Below are positions 48,658 to 59,310 of a stretch of 64,000 bases of DNA, piece after piece; within the stretch, counting starts at the first letter, position 1; each line of letters begins with the position of its first letter. The stretch comes from Aquisalinus sp. Lineage in GTDB: Bacteria > Pseudomonadota > Alphaproteobacteria > Caulobacterales > Parvularculaceae. The DNA lies in the NCBI GenBank assembly GCA_022763115.1, contig JALEGJ010000047.1, forward strand, positions 17,979-81,978, written 5' to 3'. Below the pieces are notes generated by a model. It did no database searches. It saw nothing but the letters and a program-made list of their open reading frames with translations, and was not told the DNA's origin. The position numbers were made by a program, and so were the translations under genes.

Positions 48658-48723
48658 TCCTCGCGGAACGAGCCCGCATCTGATGCGTCCTATTTGAACG
48701 ATACATTACAAGGAGAGATTGCT

Positions 48724-48939
48724 ATGTCTGATAACGTATATTCCGTCACCAAACTCGTTGGAACATCCAGCAAGTCGATTGAGGATGCCATCGAGAACGC
48801 CATTTCAACAGCCGGCAAAACTCTCAAGAATCTGGACTGGTTTGAAGTGAAAGAGACTCGCGGCTACATCGATGATAATAAGGTCGCCTATTATCAGGTC
48901 ACGCTGGAAATCGGCTTTCGTTACGACAGGAAAGACTAA
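48724..48939 (+). CDS. Dodecin family flavin-binding protein
   Basis: MSDNVYSVTKLVGTSSKSIEDAIENAI...WFEVKETRG...YQVTLEIGF. Confidence 0.88.
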   Translation: MSDNVYSVTKLVGTSSKSIEDAIENAISTAGKTLKNLDWFEVKETRGYIDDNKVAYYQVTLEIGFRYDRKD

Positions 48940-48943
48940 GTAT

Positions 48944-49558
48944 ATGGTCGAAAAAAAAACTGACAATAAGCCATTGAACGATCATGCACTGGATCAGCTC
49001 TTCCGGGAGGCGCGTACATTTAATGCCTGGGAAGACAGGGCAGTGCCGGAAACGCTTATTCAGGCTGTTTATGATTTAATGAAGTTTGCGCCAACTTCAG
49101 CAAATTGCTCGCCTGCACGTATTATTTTCCTGACCTCAAAGGAAGCAAAGGGCCGCCTCAAACCATATCTTGGCGAAGGCAATGTCGACAAGACAATGTC
49201 TGCGCCTTGCGTAGCCATCATCGGTCATGATCTGCAATTCCACGAGCACCTTCCCAAACTTTTCCCGCATACAGATGCACGGGCCTGGTTTGAGGGCAAT
49301 GCTTCGCTGATAGCCGAGACAGCTTTTCGCAATGGTACATTGCAGGGGGCATACTTGATGTTGGCCGCGAGATCTCTGGGTCTCGATTATGGTCCCATGT
49401 CTGGTTTTGACCAGGAGGGCGTTTCGAAGGAGTTCTTCGATGATGAAGCCGGAGATGTAAGAGCAAACTTCCTGTGCAATATTGGCTATGGTACGACGGA
49501 CAATCTGTTTGAGAGGTCTCCGAGGTTTGATTTTGCTGAAGTCTGTAAGGTATTGTAA
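48944..49558 (+). CDS. Nitroreductase family protein (RutE / malonic semialdehyde reductase-like)
   Basis: LDQLFREARTFNAW...APTSANCSPARIIF. The start is trimmed to the ATG at 48944. Confidence 0.85.
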   Translation: MVEKKTDNKPLNDHALDQLFREARTFNAWEDRAVPETLIQAVYDLMKFAPTSANCSPARIIFLTSKEAKGRLKPYLGEGNVDKTMSAPCVAIIGHDLQFHEHLPKLFPHTDARAWFEGNASLIAETAFRNGTLQGAYLMLAARSLGLDYGPMSGFDQEGVSKEFFDDEAGDVRANFLCNIGYGTTDNLFERSPRFDFAEVCKVL

Positions 49559-49573
49559 GAAAAGCAATTATTT

Positions 49574-50242
49574 GTGGTCATACTTGCAATTGATACCTGC
49601 CTGCAATCATGCGGGGCGGCCATACTGGACGGTGACAATGTGCTTGCGAGACTTGTGGAGCCGCGTGAACGTGGTCACGCAGAACGTCTCGCGCCGCTTG
49701 TTTCAGAGGCACTCACTGCAACGGCTGTTCGTGTTGCCGATCTCACCAAAGTTATCGTCACCATAGGGCCCGGTTCATTTACTGGAGTTAGGGTGGGGCT
49801 GGCGTTTGCAAGAGGTTTGGCAATAGGTCGTGATTTGCCAGTTATTGGTATCTCAACATTACAGGCTTTGGCGGTTAGCCACCCTGTTGAAGGACAGGGC
49901 AAGAAAATCGTTCTTATAGATGCGCGACGGGGGCAGGTTTACGGCCAGACTTTCGACTCTTTCGGCCAGCCCGCACAGGTCGCTTTTGCTTTATCTCCTG
50001 AAGAGGCGGCAAGTTGCTTGCCAGAACCGGATACCCTGTCGGAGTATGTTCTGGTCGGTTCCGGCGTTCCCCTTGTCTTCCCGGATCTGACTGAAAGGGA
50101 AAGCTGGCGATCCCAGCAACCTGACCCTGTAGCAATGGCTAAGCTGGGTGCTCATATGCAAATTCCTGATACTGCGCCTTCAGCACTTTACCTTCGTGCT
50201 GCTGATGCAACGCCAGCTTCAAGTTCCTCCTGTATCGGCTAG
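49574..50242 (+). CDS. tsaB: tRNA threonylcarbamoyladenosine biosynthesis protein TsaB
   Basis: VILAIDTCLQSCGAAIL...IGPGSFTGVRVGLAFARGLA. GTG start. Confidence 0.9.
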   Translation: MVILAIDTCLQSCGAAILDGDNVLARLVEPRERGHAERLAPLVSEALTATAVRVADLTKVIVTIGPGSFTGVRVGLAFARGLAIGRDLPVIGISTLQALAVSHPVEGQGKKIVLIDARRGQVYGQTFDSFGQPAQVAFALSPEEAASCLPEPDTLSEYVLVGSGVPLVFPDLTERESWRSQQPDPVAMAKLGAHMQIPDTAPSALYLRAADATPASSSSCIG

Positions 50243-50338
50243 TTGGAATGTGGTCGCAGAACAAAGGGTAGAAATTGCGCTGAAATGCCCATTTCTTTAT
50301 TCAGCTCTTGTTGCACGTAGTGCGGGAAGTATAGACCC

Positions 50339-50773
50339 ATGTTTCGGATCAGGACTGCCACAGCAAAGGACGCACAAATACTGGCTCGTCTTCATGGCGA
50401 AATATTCCCTGAGGATGCGTGGACAAAGGATTGGTTTGCTAGCCGGTTGAAGCAGAAAAGGATGAATTTCCTTGTCGCGGAGGATGAAGGCAGGCCGGTC
50501 GGTCTTTCTGCGCTGTCAATTGTTGCGGACGAAGCTGAAATTTTAACGATCGGACTTTTGTCCGAGCAGCGTGGAAAAGGGTGGGGTGGCCGACTCCTGC
50601 ATGACGCTCTTAGACTTCCGGTTAGTCACTTTTTTCTGGAGGTCGCAGCGGACAATCAGGCCGCCATATCAATGTATAAGTCGGCTGGCTTTCAGGAGGC
50701 TGGCCTTCGGCGCGCCTATTACAAAGCAGGAACAGATGCAATTGTTATGGTGCGCTCTCAGCCCGATCCTTGA
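50339..50773 (+). CDS. rimI: Ribosomal-protein-alanine N-acetyltransferase (GNAT)
   Basis: GNAT motif QRGKGWGGRLL, with the canonical tsaB-rimI adjacency. Confidence 0.85.
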   Translation: MFRIRTATAKDAQILARLHGEIFPEDAWTKDWFASRLKQKRMNFLVAEDEGRPVGLSALSIVADEAEILTIGLLSEQRGKGWGGRLLHDALRLPVSHFFLEVAADNQAAISMYKSAGFQEAGLRRAYYKAGTDAIVMVRSQPDP

Positions 50774-51143
50774 GGTAAAGAAACCTGGCGAGCATTGCCA
50801 GTAAACCGATGCAGCCTGTGCACAGGATAAAGACCAGCCATGGGAACAGTTTCATGCCGACTGCCCTGGCCTGTGGTGCCAGCAGAAAGAACCCGATGCC
50901 GATGGCAAGCAGCAAGTCTAGCCAGATCTGGGTGCCCCACATATCACTGATGTGTTCGGTCCAGAACCCTGTTAGCCCTTCCTGACTGACGGTGATCGCT
51001 GAATACAAAAAGAATACTATAGAAAGCACTGCTGGTATTATCCAGTTGCCGGTCTTCGCGCTGTCGGCGTTGAGGGCAAAGACGATCATGGAGATTATTA
51101 GGGCGGTCGCGCCGCTCGCGGCGATCACTTCAAGAATTGCCAT
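50745..51143 (-). CDS. Hypothetical 4-TM membrane protein
   Basis: A hydrophobic 132-aa ORF with a convergent overlap with rimI. No family recognised. Confidence 0.55.
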   Translation of the reverse strand: MAILEVIAASGATALIISMIVFALNADSAKTGNWIIPAVLSIVFFLYSAITVSQEGLTGFWTEHISDMWGTQIWLDLLLAIGIGFFLLAPQARAVGMKLFPWLVFILCTGCIGLLAMLARFLYLKDRAESAP

Positions 51144-51271
51144 AGATTTTCCCTTTGTTGCCTCAGCTTATGGCGGGACCGAGAGAAAACAATTACGTCA
51201 GGCGTAGGCGCTTTGCAGGTTTGAGCCCGGTAGAGAATTCGCCTATAGGGTGCCTCGTCAGGAGATTGATC

Positions 51272-51688
51272 ATGAACAGCATTGAAAAGCTTTGCCTCGA
51301 AAAAGGGTTAAGAATGACCGACCAACGTCGTGTTATTGCTAAGGTCATTTCGGAGGCGGAAGATCATCCTGATGTTGAAGAGATACACCGTCGATCCAAC
51401 CAGATTGATGACCGCATTTCCATCGCGACCGTTTATCGCACCATGCGTCTTTTTGAGGACTATGACATAGTTGCCAAGCATGACTTCAATGATGGGCGCT
51501 CGCGCTATGAGGAAGTGCCCGACGAGCATCATGATCATCTGATTAATTTGCGTACAGGGGAAGTGATCGAATTCCTGAATGAGGAAATAGAACGATTGCA
51601 GGAAAAGATTGCGCGTGAGCATGGCTTCAAGCTGGTCGATCATCGGCTTGAACTTTACGGCGTGCCGCTGGAGGAAACGAAAGAATAG
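51272..51688 (+). CDS. fur: Fur family transcriptional regulator
   Basis: LRMTDQRRVIAKVI...ISIATVYRTMRLF...HHDHLINLRTGEVIEF. The start is trimmed to the ATG at 51272. Confidence 0.9.
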   Translation: MNSIEKLCLEKGLRMTDQRRVIAKVISEAEDHPDVEEIHRRSNQIDDRISIATVYRTMRLFEDYDIVAKHDFNDGRSRYEEVPDEHHDHLINLRTGEVIEFLNEEIERLQEKIAREHGFKLVDHRLELYGVPLEETKE

Positions 51689-51809
51689 GGCCAGCGCCGA
51701 GGGTCTGTGCGCACAAGCAAAACGCAAATATGGGGCACCGGTTCGCTTGCCCGGGCATGTAATAATGTCTACAATCTACACAGGGCGTACAACTGAAAAG
51801 GGAAGTTGT

Positions 51810-52166
51810 ATGAGTGAGTCGACTGAAGTTACTTCGAATCCAGCCAGTTCGGGCACCACGAACATTATTTACATTTTGTACCTTGTTGGCATTGCAACGT
51901 GTATCACGACAATAATTGGCGTGATTATGGCGTATGTCTCAAAAGACGATGCGCCGGAGTGGCAAAAATCCCATTACCACAATCAGATTAACGTGTTCTG
52001 GAAGCTCATTCTTTATACGATTGTCTGTGCGGCTTTGACTCTTGTCGTTATAGGGATCTTTTTGTTTCTCGTATTGTTCATCTGGTACATCGTCAGATGC
52101 GTTAAAGGTATTCAATACGCATCACGTGGTGAACCATATCCGAACCCATCAAGCTGGGGATTCTGA
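51810..52166 (+). CDS. Hypothetical membrane protein (DUF4870-like, tentative)
   Basis: NIIYILYLVGIA... and a second TM pair. The start is trimmed to the ATG at 51810. Confidence 0.6.
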   Translation: MSESTEVTSNPASSGTTNIIYILYLVGIATCITTIIGVIMAYVSKDDAPEWQKSHYHNQINVFWKLILYTIVCAALTLVVIGIFLFLVLFIWYIVRCVKGIQYASRGEPYPNPSSWGF

Positions 52167-52188
52167 CGGTCTGAAAAGACCAGATGTG

Positions 52189-52215
52189 AAACGGCACCTT
52201 TCAGGTGCCGTTTTC
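52189..52215. terminator. Bidirectional terminator hairpin (ACGGCACC-TTTCA-GGTGCCGT + TTTT)
   Basis: Perfect 8-bp GC-rich stem between the convergent 51810 gene and bfr. Confidence 0.7.
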
Positions 52216-52216
52216 A

Positions 52217-52708
52217 TCAGTCTTGCGCCGTTGCGGCATTTGCTCTTGTTTGAAGATGAATATAGTGCTCAATGCCCATGCGCTCTATCAAGCCAAGTTG
52301 CGTTTCAATCCAGTCGACGTGTTCTTCTTCATTATGCAGAATTTTGCCAAAGAGGTCTCTCGAAACATAGTCCCGGTGCTCCTCACAATATTCAATCGCG
52401 TCTTTCAGAAGGGGAATCGCATCATGTTCAAGCTGAAGGTCGCATTCCAGAATTTCTTTCACATCTTCGCCGATGCGTAACTTCCCAAGGTCTTGAAGGT
52501 TAGGCAAACCTTCAAGAAAGAGAATGCGTTCAATCAACCAGTCCGCATGCTCCATTTCTTCGATGGATTCCTTGTATTCTTTTTCTGCGAACTCAGACAC
52601 GCCCCAATCTTTCAGCATACGTGCGTGAAGAAAATACTGGTTAATCGCGGTCAGTTCGTTTTTGAGTGCCTTGTTCAGGAACTCAATAATTTTTGCATCA
52701 CCCTTCAT
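52217..52708 (-). CDS. bfr: Bacterioferritin
   Basis: [36 protein letters not shown] and the ferroxidase-centre residues. Confidence 0.96.
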   Translation of the reverse strand: MKGDAKIIEFLNKALKNELTAINQYFLHARMLKDWGVSEFAEKEYKESIEEMEHADWLIERILFLEGLPNLQDLGKLRIGEDVKEILECDLQLEHDAIPLLKDAIEYCEEHRDYVSRDLFGKILHNEEEHVDWIETQLGLIERMGIEHYIHLQTRANAATAQD

Positions 52709-52806
52709 GCCGGATCCTCATTCGTTGTAACTTAAAGTGAAATAGACGGGGTTAATCAGCAGGGCCACAAATATCCGTGCAAGTGCCTCGCACTAGCGCA
52801 AAAAGT

Positions 52807-53028
52807 TTATTCTGCGGCCAAAGCCGCAGGCAGTGGGTCTGCATCATTATTCAGAGCGGGCATGACTGGACTCGTTTTGCTAATAAGATTGCAGATTTCC
52901 GGGCGACATTTGCCGCAATTAAATCTGGTGCCATGATGCGCAAGTACGCAGGCAGGTGTCTTGGCACCCGCCTGTATGGCGGACTCAACTTTTTTAGTGT
53001 TAAGGCGGCGGCAAACGCAAATGATCAT
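52807..53028 (-). CDS. bfd: Bacterioferritin-associated ferredoxin (BFD-like [2Fe-2S])
   Basis: MIICVCRRL...NCGKCRPEI Cys pattern. It sits upstream of bfr. Confidence 0.88.
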   Translation of the reverse strand: MIICVCRRLNTKKVESAIQAGAKTPACVLAHHGTRFNCGKCRPEICNLISKTSPVMPALNNDADPLPAALAAE

Positions 53029-53143
53029 TATTCTTAATTACGCCAGATAAGAATGATTGTCAATAGTAATTGAGCGGATTTGGCTTGCCATAAAACCTGC
53101 CTGACGGATAGAAGCGCCTCTCTAAATTTGGTAGGACCATCAG

Positions 53144-54544
53144 ATGGTAAGCAGAAAACCTACAGACGCACATCCTGGACATGATCAGCCGAAAAAGCTG
53201 TTCATAAAGACCTATGGTTGTCAGATGAACGTGTATGACTCCGAACGCATGGCCGGTCTGCTCAAGCCGCTGGGCTATCAGGAAACAGAAACCTCAGAAG
53301 ATGCCGATCTCGTCATTTTGAACACCTGCCATATTCGTGAGAAAGCAGCTGAAAAAGTTTATTCTGATCTTGGGCGTATCCGAAAGCACAAGGAGACAAA
53401 AGAGGGTCAGGGAGGTGAAATGAAAGTTGCCGTTGCTGGCTGTGTTGCACAGGCTGAAGGGGCGGAGATTACGACGCGTGCACCTATCGTCGATATGGTG
53501 TTTGGCCCCCAGACATATCACCGGCTGCCGGAAATGATTGCGCGCGCGGCAAGAGCAAGAGGTGAAATCCTGGAAACCGATTTTGCCGTCGAAGAGAAAT
53601 TTGATGCGCTGGCGACAATCAGGGAAATAAAAGGCTATTCCGCCTTCGTAACAATTCAGGAGGGCTGCGATAAGTTCTGCACGTTCTGCGTTGTACCATA
53701 CACACGCGGTGAAGAGGTTTCTCGCTCTGTTGACGCAATCACAGCCGAAGTGAGAATGCTTGCCGTCAGAGGGCTGCGGGAGGTGACCCTGCTCGGCCAG
53801 AATGTCAACGCTTGGCACGGGGCGCCTCCTAAAGGTGACTCCGGAGAGGAGTGGGGCCTTGGTGAACTCGTTCGACATCTGGCCAAAATTGATGGCATTG
53901 AGCGTATTCGCTTCACCACATCACACCCGCGCGACATGGATAAAGGTCTGATTGCGGCTCTGGGCGAAGAGCCCAAGCTTATGCCGTATCTTCACCTCCC
54001 GGTTCAGGCTGGTTCGGATAAGATACTCAAGGCCATGAATCGCGGCCATACTGCAGAGAGTTACGTTCGGCAGATAGAAGACATTCGCAAGGCCAGACCG
54101 GATATCGCAATCTCGGGTGATTTTATAGTCGGCTTCCCCGGGGAGAGTGACGAAGACTTCGAGGAGACGATGCAGCTTGTTGAAGCTGTAGAGTATGCTT
54201 CGGCCTTCTCTTTCAAGTATTCCCGCCGTCCTGGAACACCTGGCGCGAGTATGGCTAAACAAGTGGCAGAGCCTGTCAAAGCACAGAGACTTGAACGGTT
54301 GCAGGAATTGCTGGAACGCCAAAAACAGTCTTTCAACAAAGCGCAGATTGGCAAGGTACTACCGGTACTACTTGAGAAAACAGGTCGAAATGACGGGCAG
54401 CTTGTAGGGCGCTCACCATATCTTCAAGCCGTTCACGCCAATTTGCCAGACACGTTGCTAGGGCAAATTATTGACCTCGAAATCACTGGCACCCTGAGCA
54501 ATTCGTTATCGGCTAAGCCCCACGAAAACAGGATTTCAGCCTGA
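53144..54544 (+). CDS. miaB: tRNA-2-methylthio-N6-dimethylallyladenosine synthase
   Basis: YGCQMN, radical-SAM [11 protein letters not shown] and a TRAM domain. Confidence 0.96.
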   Translation: MVSRKPTDAHPGHDQPKKLFIKTYGCQMNVYDSERMAGLLKPLGYQETETSEDADLVILNTCHIREKAAEKVYSDLGRIRKHKETKEGQGGEMKVAVAGCVAQAEGAEITTRAPIVDMVFGPQTYHRLPEMIARAARARGEILETDFAVEEKFDALATIREIKGYSAFVTIQEGCDKFCTFCVVPYTRGEEVSRSVDAITAEVRMLAVRGLREVTLLGQNVNAWHGAPPKGDSGEEWGLGELVRHLAKIDGIERIRFTTSHPRDMDKGLIAALGEEPKLMPYLHLPVQAGSDKILKAMNRGHTAESYVRQIEDIRKARPDIAISGDFIVGFPGESDEDFEETMQLVEAVEYASAFSFKYSRRPGTPGASMAKQVAEPVKAQRLERLQELLERQKQSFNKAQIGKVLPVLLEKTGRNDGQLVGRSPYLQAVHANLPDTLLGQIIDLEITGTLSNSLSAKPHENRISA

Positions 54545-55584
54545 TGCCCAGAAAGGTAAAGCGCCTGTCTGGCGCGGATCAGGAGGTCAGCGACACGGTC
54601 ATACAGGCAATCGATTTTGACGATAACATGCTTGTAAAAGAACTTTGTGGTGTCACGGATACCAACCTTTTGCTGCTGGAACAGCAGTTGGATGTGCGCA
54701 TTGATGCGCGGGGTAATCGACTTGTTCTGACAGGTACCAAAGAGGCATGTGAGTATGCGAGCGGCGTGCTCACCCGCTTATATGCGCAGTTGCAACAAGG
54801 CAGGACCATTACTCCCGGTGATGTCGACGCTGCCATCAGGTTGTCAGCTCTTTCTGCCCCATCACCATCTGTAACGGATGGTTCTAAAATGGCTCTTTCG
54901 CTCCAGAAACGATCAGTTAGTCCGCGCACTGCGACACAAACGGCGTATTTGCAGGCGCTCAGTGAAAGCGAACTGGTGTTTGGCGTAGGTCCTGCTGGTA
55001 CGGGCAAAACCTATCTTGCGGTTGTGTATGCTGCGCATCTTTTGCTTCGCGGTGAGGTCGAAAGAATTATCCTTTCCAGGCCTGCCCTTGAAGCAGGTGA
55101 GCGCATAGGCTTCCTGCCGGGTGATATGAAAGAGAAAGTCGACCCGTTCCTTAGGCCGCTTTACGATTCCCTCTATGACGTGTTGCACACAGATTTTGTC
55201 GACAGGCGGATTGCTTCTGGTGATATCGAGATCGCACCTCTCGCTTTCATGCGCGGTCGCACGCTTTCGCGTGCCGCAGTCATTCTCGATGAAGGACAAA
55301 ACGCCAGTATCTCGCAAATGAAAATGTTTTTGACGCGCCTCGGGGAAGGCTCCCGAATGGTTGTGACTGGCGATCCATCCCAGACAGACCTGCCAGCTAA
55401 CGAGCCTTCAGGTCTGGCGGATGCTCTGGGCCTTTTGGGCAAGGTCAAAGGTGTTGAGATTGTGCGCTTCAAGCCTGAAGATGTTGTCAGACACGCATTG
55501 GTGGCACGTGTTGTGAAAGCATATGATGCTCGGGATAAGAAAAGACGTCAGTCAGCGGCCCCTGTGACGGGTGATCAGAAGTGA
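54544..55584 (+). CDS. ybeZ: PhoH family ATPase
   Basis: Walker A GPAGTGKTYLAV. It lies in the miaB-ybeZ-ybeY-corC-lnt operon order. Confidence 0.94.
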   Translation: MPRKVKRLSGADQEVSDTVIQAIDFDDNMLVKELCGVTDTNLLLLEQQLDVRIDARGNRLVLTGTKEACEYASGVLTRLYAQLQQGRTITPGDVDAAIRLSALSAPSPSVTDGSKMALSLQKRSVSPRTATQTAYLQALSESELVFGVGPAGTGKTYLAVVYAAHLLLRGEVERIILSRPALEAGERIGFLPGDMKEKVDPFLRPLYDSLYDVLHTDFVDRRIASGDIEIAPLAFMRGRTLSRAAVILDEGQNASISQMKMFLTRLGEGSRMVVTGDPSQTDLPANEPSGLADALGLLGKVKGVEIVRFKPEDVVRHALVARVVKAYDARDKKRRQSAAPVTGDQK

Positions 55585-56093
55585 TGATCTCGCGTTCTGT
55601 AAAAAGCCAGCTGCGTCCGGAGATCATCAGGGAAAGCGATCTATGGCCGGATATTGAATCGTTGGTACTGGATTGTTTTGCATCCGCAACAAATGAAGCG
55701 CTAAAAGGTGTTTCAAGTGGTGTCGTAACAGTTTTGTTTACTGATGATGCTGAGGTTCGGGACTTGAACCGGCAATACAGGGGCAAGGATAAGCCAACGA
55801 ATGTTCTGTCATTTCCCGCGGGCCCTCCTTTGCCCGGCCTGCCGGATGCGGAGATTACCAGCCATGGCGAGATTGCCCTGGCATTCGAGACTTGCAAGCG
55901 CGAAGCGGATGAAAAAGGCATTAACTTGCAAGATCATACAGCACATCTGATAGTGCACGGGATTTTACACTTGTTCGGTTACGATCATCAGTCTGATCAG
56001 GACGCAGAGGTTATGGAAAAGCTGGAAACAGATATTTTAGCCCGGATGGGTATTGCTGATCCGTATCACGGCATGGAGAGCGCAGATGGTTGA
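55581..56093 (+). CDS. ybeY: rRNA maturation endoribonuclease YbeY
   Basis: HLIVHGILHLFGYDH zinc motif. Confidence 0.95.
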   Translation: MMISRSVKSQLRPEIIRESDLWPDIESLVLDCFASATNEALKGVSSGVVTVLFTDDAEVRDLNRQYRGKDKPTNVLSFPAGPPLPGLPDAEITSHGEIALAFETCKREADEKGINLQDHTAHLIVHGILHLFGYDHQSDQDAEVMEKLETDILARMGIADPYHGMESADG

Positions 56094-57063
56094 CGGGGCA
56101 AAACCGAACGGCGTCACGACCGCCATTGAAGAGACGGCGCCTGATAGAGAGATTCAGGAAAACCTTGTTACCGCAGACAAAGCCCCTGGCGTCATGTCAA
56201 AGATACGTGGCTTGTTGAGCAGCGGTAATGATAATGCGATTACTGCAGCCCATGAAGGCCGCAACGGCGCAGGCGGTGTGCCGGATTCTCGCCGCCAGAT
56301 GATTGAGCGCGTCATTGCCTTTGATAGCAAACAGGTTGTCGACGTGATGATCCCGCGTGCCGATATCATTGCTGTTGAAGAAAATATCCTGCTCACGGAA
56401 CTCCTCAAGGTCTTCTCCGAGGCTGGTCACTCGCGCCTGCCGGTTTTTCGTGGTGATCTTGATGATCCTATAGGTATTGTGCATATCCGAGACTTGGTCG
56501 GTATCCTTGCGGAGCCGAAACAGGAGACAGTCGCAGGGCCACAGCCCATTCTGGAGCAACTTGTCCGCAAGGTTCTCTATGTCCCGCCGTCCATGCCTAT
56601 CACGGATTTGCTTCTGCGTATGCAGGCTAACCGCATACACATGGCGTTGGTCATTGATGAGTTTGGCGGAACAGACGGGCTCGTCACCATTGAAGATCTT
56701 GTCGAGGAGATCGTCGGAGACATTCAGGATGAGCATGATGAAGAAGGCGCGAGCTTCCTGAAGGCGCTTACATCCGATGTCTGGGAAGCTAATGCGCGTC
56801 TTCCAATGCAGGAACTGGAAGAAGCGATTGGCTTTAAGCTGGAAATTGATGGTGACGAAGTTGACACGCTTGGCGGGCTGGTTTTCAGCTTGGCGGGACG
56901 TGTGCCTTTGCGCGGGGAAGTCTTGCGTCATTCGGCTGGTGTGGAGTTTGAAGTATTGGAAGCTGATCCGAGACGGATCAGAAAAATTAAGTTTCGTAAA
57001 CTGGCCCCGGATGAACTGAAGCGCCTCTCCGAGCCTGAAGGCGAAGCGGTTGAGAGCAATTAA
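56086..57063 (+). CDS. corC: CBS-pair / CorC_HlyC domain protein (CorC/YbeX-like)
   Basis: VVDVMIPRADI...HMALVIDEFGGTDGLVTIEDLVEEIVGDI. The start at 56086 overlaps the ybeY stop. Confidence 0.9.
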   Translation: MVDGAKPNGVTTAIEETAPDREIQENLVTADKAPGVMSKIRGLLSSGNDNAITAAHEGRNGAGGVPDSRRQMIERVIAFDSKQVVDVMIPRADIIAVEENILLTELLKVFSEAGHSRLPVFRGDLDDPIGIVHIRDLVGILAEPKQETVAGPQPILEQLVRKVLYVPPSMPITDLLLRMQANRIHMALVIDEFGGTDGLVTIEDLVEEIVGDIQDEHDEEGASFLKALTSDVWEANARLPMQELEEAIGFKLEIDGDEVDTLGGLVFSLAGRVPLRGEVLRHSAGVEFEVLEADPRRIRKIKFRKLAPDELKRLSEPEGEAVESN

Positions 57064-57080
57064 CCCGGCAGTCTTTTGTC

Positions 57081-58775
57081 ATGAATAAATTGCAGGCCCT
57101 GCTGATTTTTGCACATGATTATGTGGCTAAGAGTTCAGGCTGGCGCCGATACGCTCTGGCCTTTTTGTTGGGGGTTGGCACAGCTTTGACCATGGCGCCT
57201 TATTATCTTTTGCCCCTCCTTATTGTCGGCTTCGGCGGTCTGGTCTGGCTGTTGGATAGCGCCGGGAGTCATCCGCGCAAATACAGGATCAGCTTCCTCC
57301 TCGGCTGGTGGTTTGCTTTTGGCTATCTCTATCTCAGCCTTTACTGGATGGCTTTTTCTTTCGTTCATACAGCCTCCGGACCAACGCAGGCTATGCTGTT
57401 GTTGGCTATGGGTTTTATCGGTGTTGCTGGCCTCGCCGGCTTTATTGCTCTCTTCTACGGCGCAGCAACGCTTCTGATGCGTCACTTCTGGAGCGATCAC
57501 TGGACACGGTTGCTGTTATTCGTCGTATGTTGGTCGTTGGCAGAATTTGCCCGCGGTCATGTATTGACAGGGTTGCCATGGAACCTGACGGGGCAGGCAT
57601 TTGCGGGGGTTCCGGCGCTCGCGCAGCCAGTTGCCTGGATTGGTCCCTATGGTTTGGGCATCATTGTGCTTCTACTGGCAATGCTGCCTGCACTGGCCGT
57701 CGCAAGAGGACACGCCGATGATGATCGATCAGACCAGCGATTGCTAGCTTTTCTGCGTCCCGTCGCCTTTGCGGCAGTCGGGTTTTCGCTCGTCCTGCTT
57801 TTGGGGGCGGTCAGGTTGGCACTCAATCCTGTCACTTACAGTCAAGAGGCGAAAGTCCAAGTCGTTCAACCGAATGTGGCTCAGGCAGACAAGATTAATC
57901 CGGAACTGTTTCCACAAAATTTTCTGGCAGCGTTCAATCTGAGTGGCGGTGAGGTTTTGCAAGACCTTGGTCCAGAAGAAGAACTCTATATCATATGGCC
58001 AGAAAATGCTGCGTATGATTACTTCCAGCGTGACCAGACAGCGCTTGATTTGCTGCAGGAGGCATTGCCTGTAAACGCTGTGCTCGTGTCCGGTGCTATT
58101 CGTGTTGAGGACAGTCCGGCGTCAGACCTGCGTTACTTCAACAGCCTCCACGTCATTCGGGATATGCAGGTGCCCGACACTGCAGAGCTTCGCCAGTTGC
58201 AGGAGTTAAACCTGGAGGCGCGTCAGCGTGTGATCATTGGGTCCTATGATAAGCATCATCTGGCGCCATTTGGTGAATATGTGCCGTTCATTGCGCTTTT
58301 TCAGGCGCTTGGATTCGACAAACTCGTTCCGCTCAACAACAGCCTCTCACGTGGGGACGGGCCTGCGGTCTTGCCTGTGGGTAAAACCGTAATGGCACCA
58401 ATAATATGCTATGAAACAATTTTTCCCGGGCGAATGTATCCGAAAGATCAGCGTCCTGACTGGATGGTGACAGTCACCAATGATGCCTGGTTTGGCGATA
58501 GTGTTGGGCCCAAGCAGCATCTGGCACAGGCAAGGCTGCGCACGATCGAGACGGGTGTGCCTATGGTGCGCTCCGCCAATACGGGTATCTCAGCGATTAT
58601 CGGGCCAGCCGGCAGGATTCTTGACACGATCCCCTTGCAGCAAGCTGGTGCGATATCTTCACGCCTTCCTGTTGCGGTGGAGCGCACGATTTATGACCGG
58701 TTCGGTAATATCCCCTATTTCCTGATGCTGTTTACACTTGTCTCGATCATCTTGCATCGACGTTTTACCTCATAA
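57081..58775 (+). CDS. lnt: Apolipoprotein N-acyltransferase
   Basis: N-terminal polytopic domain and a CN-hydrolase domain (WPENA...ICYETIFPG...NDAWFG). Confidence 0.94.
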   Translation: MNKLQALLIFAHDYVAKSSGWRRYALAFLLGVGTALTMAPYYLLPLLIVGFGGLVWLLDSAGSHPRKYRISFLLGWWFAFGYLYLSLYWMAFSFVHTASGPTQAMLLLAMGFIGVAGLAGFIALFYGAATLLMRHFWSDHWTRLLLFVVCWSLAEFARGHVLTGLPWNLTGQAFAGVPALAQPVAWIGPYGLGIIVLLLAMLPALAVARGHADDDRSDQRLLAFLRPVAFAAVGFSLVLLLGAVRLALNPVTYSQEAKVQVVQPNVAQADKINPELFPQNFLAAFNLSGGEVLQDLGPEEELYIIWPENAAYDYFQRDQTALDLLQEALPVNAVLVSGAIRVEDSPASDLRYFNSLHVIRDMQVPDTAELRQLQELNLEARQRVIIGSYDKHHLAPFGEYVPFIALFQALGFDKLVPLNNSLSRGDGPAVLPVGKTVMAPIICYETIFPGRMYPKDQRPDWMVTVTNDAWFGDSVGPKQHLAQARLRTIETGVPMVRSANTGISAIIGPAGRILDTIPLQQAGAISSRLPVAVERTIYDRFGNIPYFLMLFTLVSIILHRRFTS

Positions 58776-58878
58776 TTATTCAGCACCTGCTGAACCGTTG
58801 CTATGAGCAGCTATTTGCAAAGAACGAAATCTCGTCTATAGGGCTGTGTTACTGGGAAGAAACATTCTGCAGGTGGTT

Positions 58879-59310
58879 ATGAGTGAAGCAAGCCGAAAGG
58901 CGCCTCACCCAATAGATGTGCATGTCGGGAGCAGAGTTCGTCTGCGCCGCATGATGGTCGGGATGAGTCAGGATAAACTGGCTGAAGCCCTGAGCCTCAC
59001 ATTTCAACAGGTGCAGAAATACGAAAAAGGCATCAACCGTGTTGGTGCCAGCCGCCTGTTTCAAATTTCAAAAATCCTGAATGTGCCGGTCCAGTTCTTT
59101 TATGATGATTTTGGACAGGAAGATGAAATTGCTGTTACGGGTTTCGCCGAAGAAGCTGCTGACGATACATCTGCCAGCGAATTCATGGAGCTTCTTTCAA
59201 CGCCTGAAGGCGTACAGCTCTGCAAGTCGTTTTCGCAAATTCAGGATGTCACTGTCAGGCGCAAGTTGCTGGATTTGATCAAGGCTCTTGCCGAAACTCA
59301 CAATAGCTGA
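58879..59310 (+). CDS. XRE-family helix-turn-helix transcriptional regulator
   Basis: VGSRVRLRRMMVGMSQDKLAEALSLTFQQVQKYEKGINRVGASRL. The start is trimmed to the ATG at 58879. Confidence 0.88.
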   Translation: MSEASRKAPHPIDVHVGSRVRLRRMMVGMSQDKLAEALSLTFQQVQKYEKGINRVGASRLFQISKILNVPVQFFYDDFGQEDEIAVTGFAEEAADDTSASEFMELLSTPEGVQLCKSFSQIQDVTVRRKLLDLIKALAETHNS

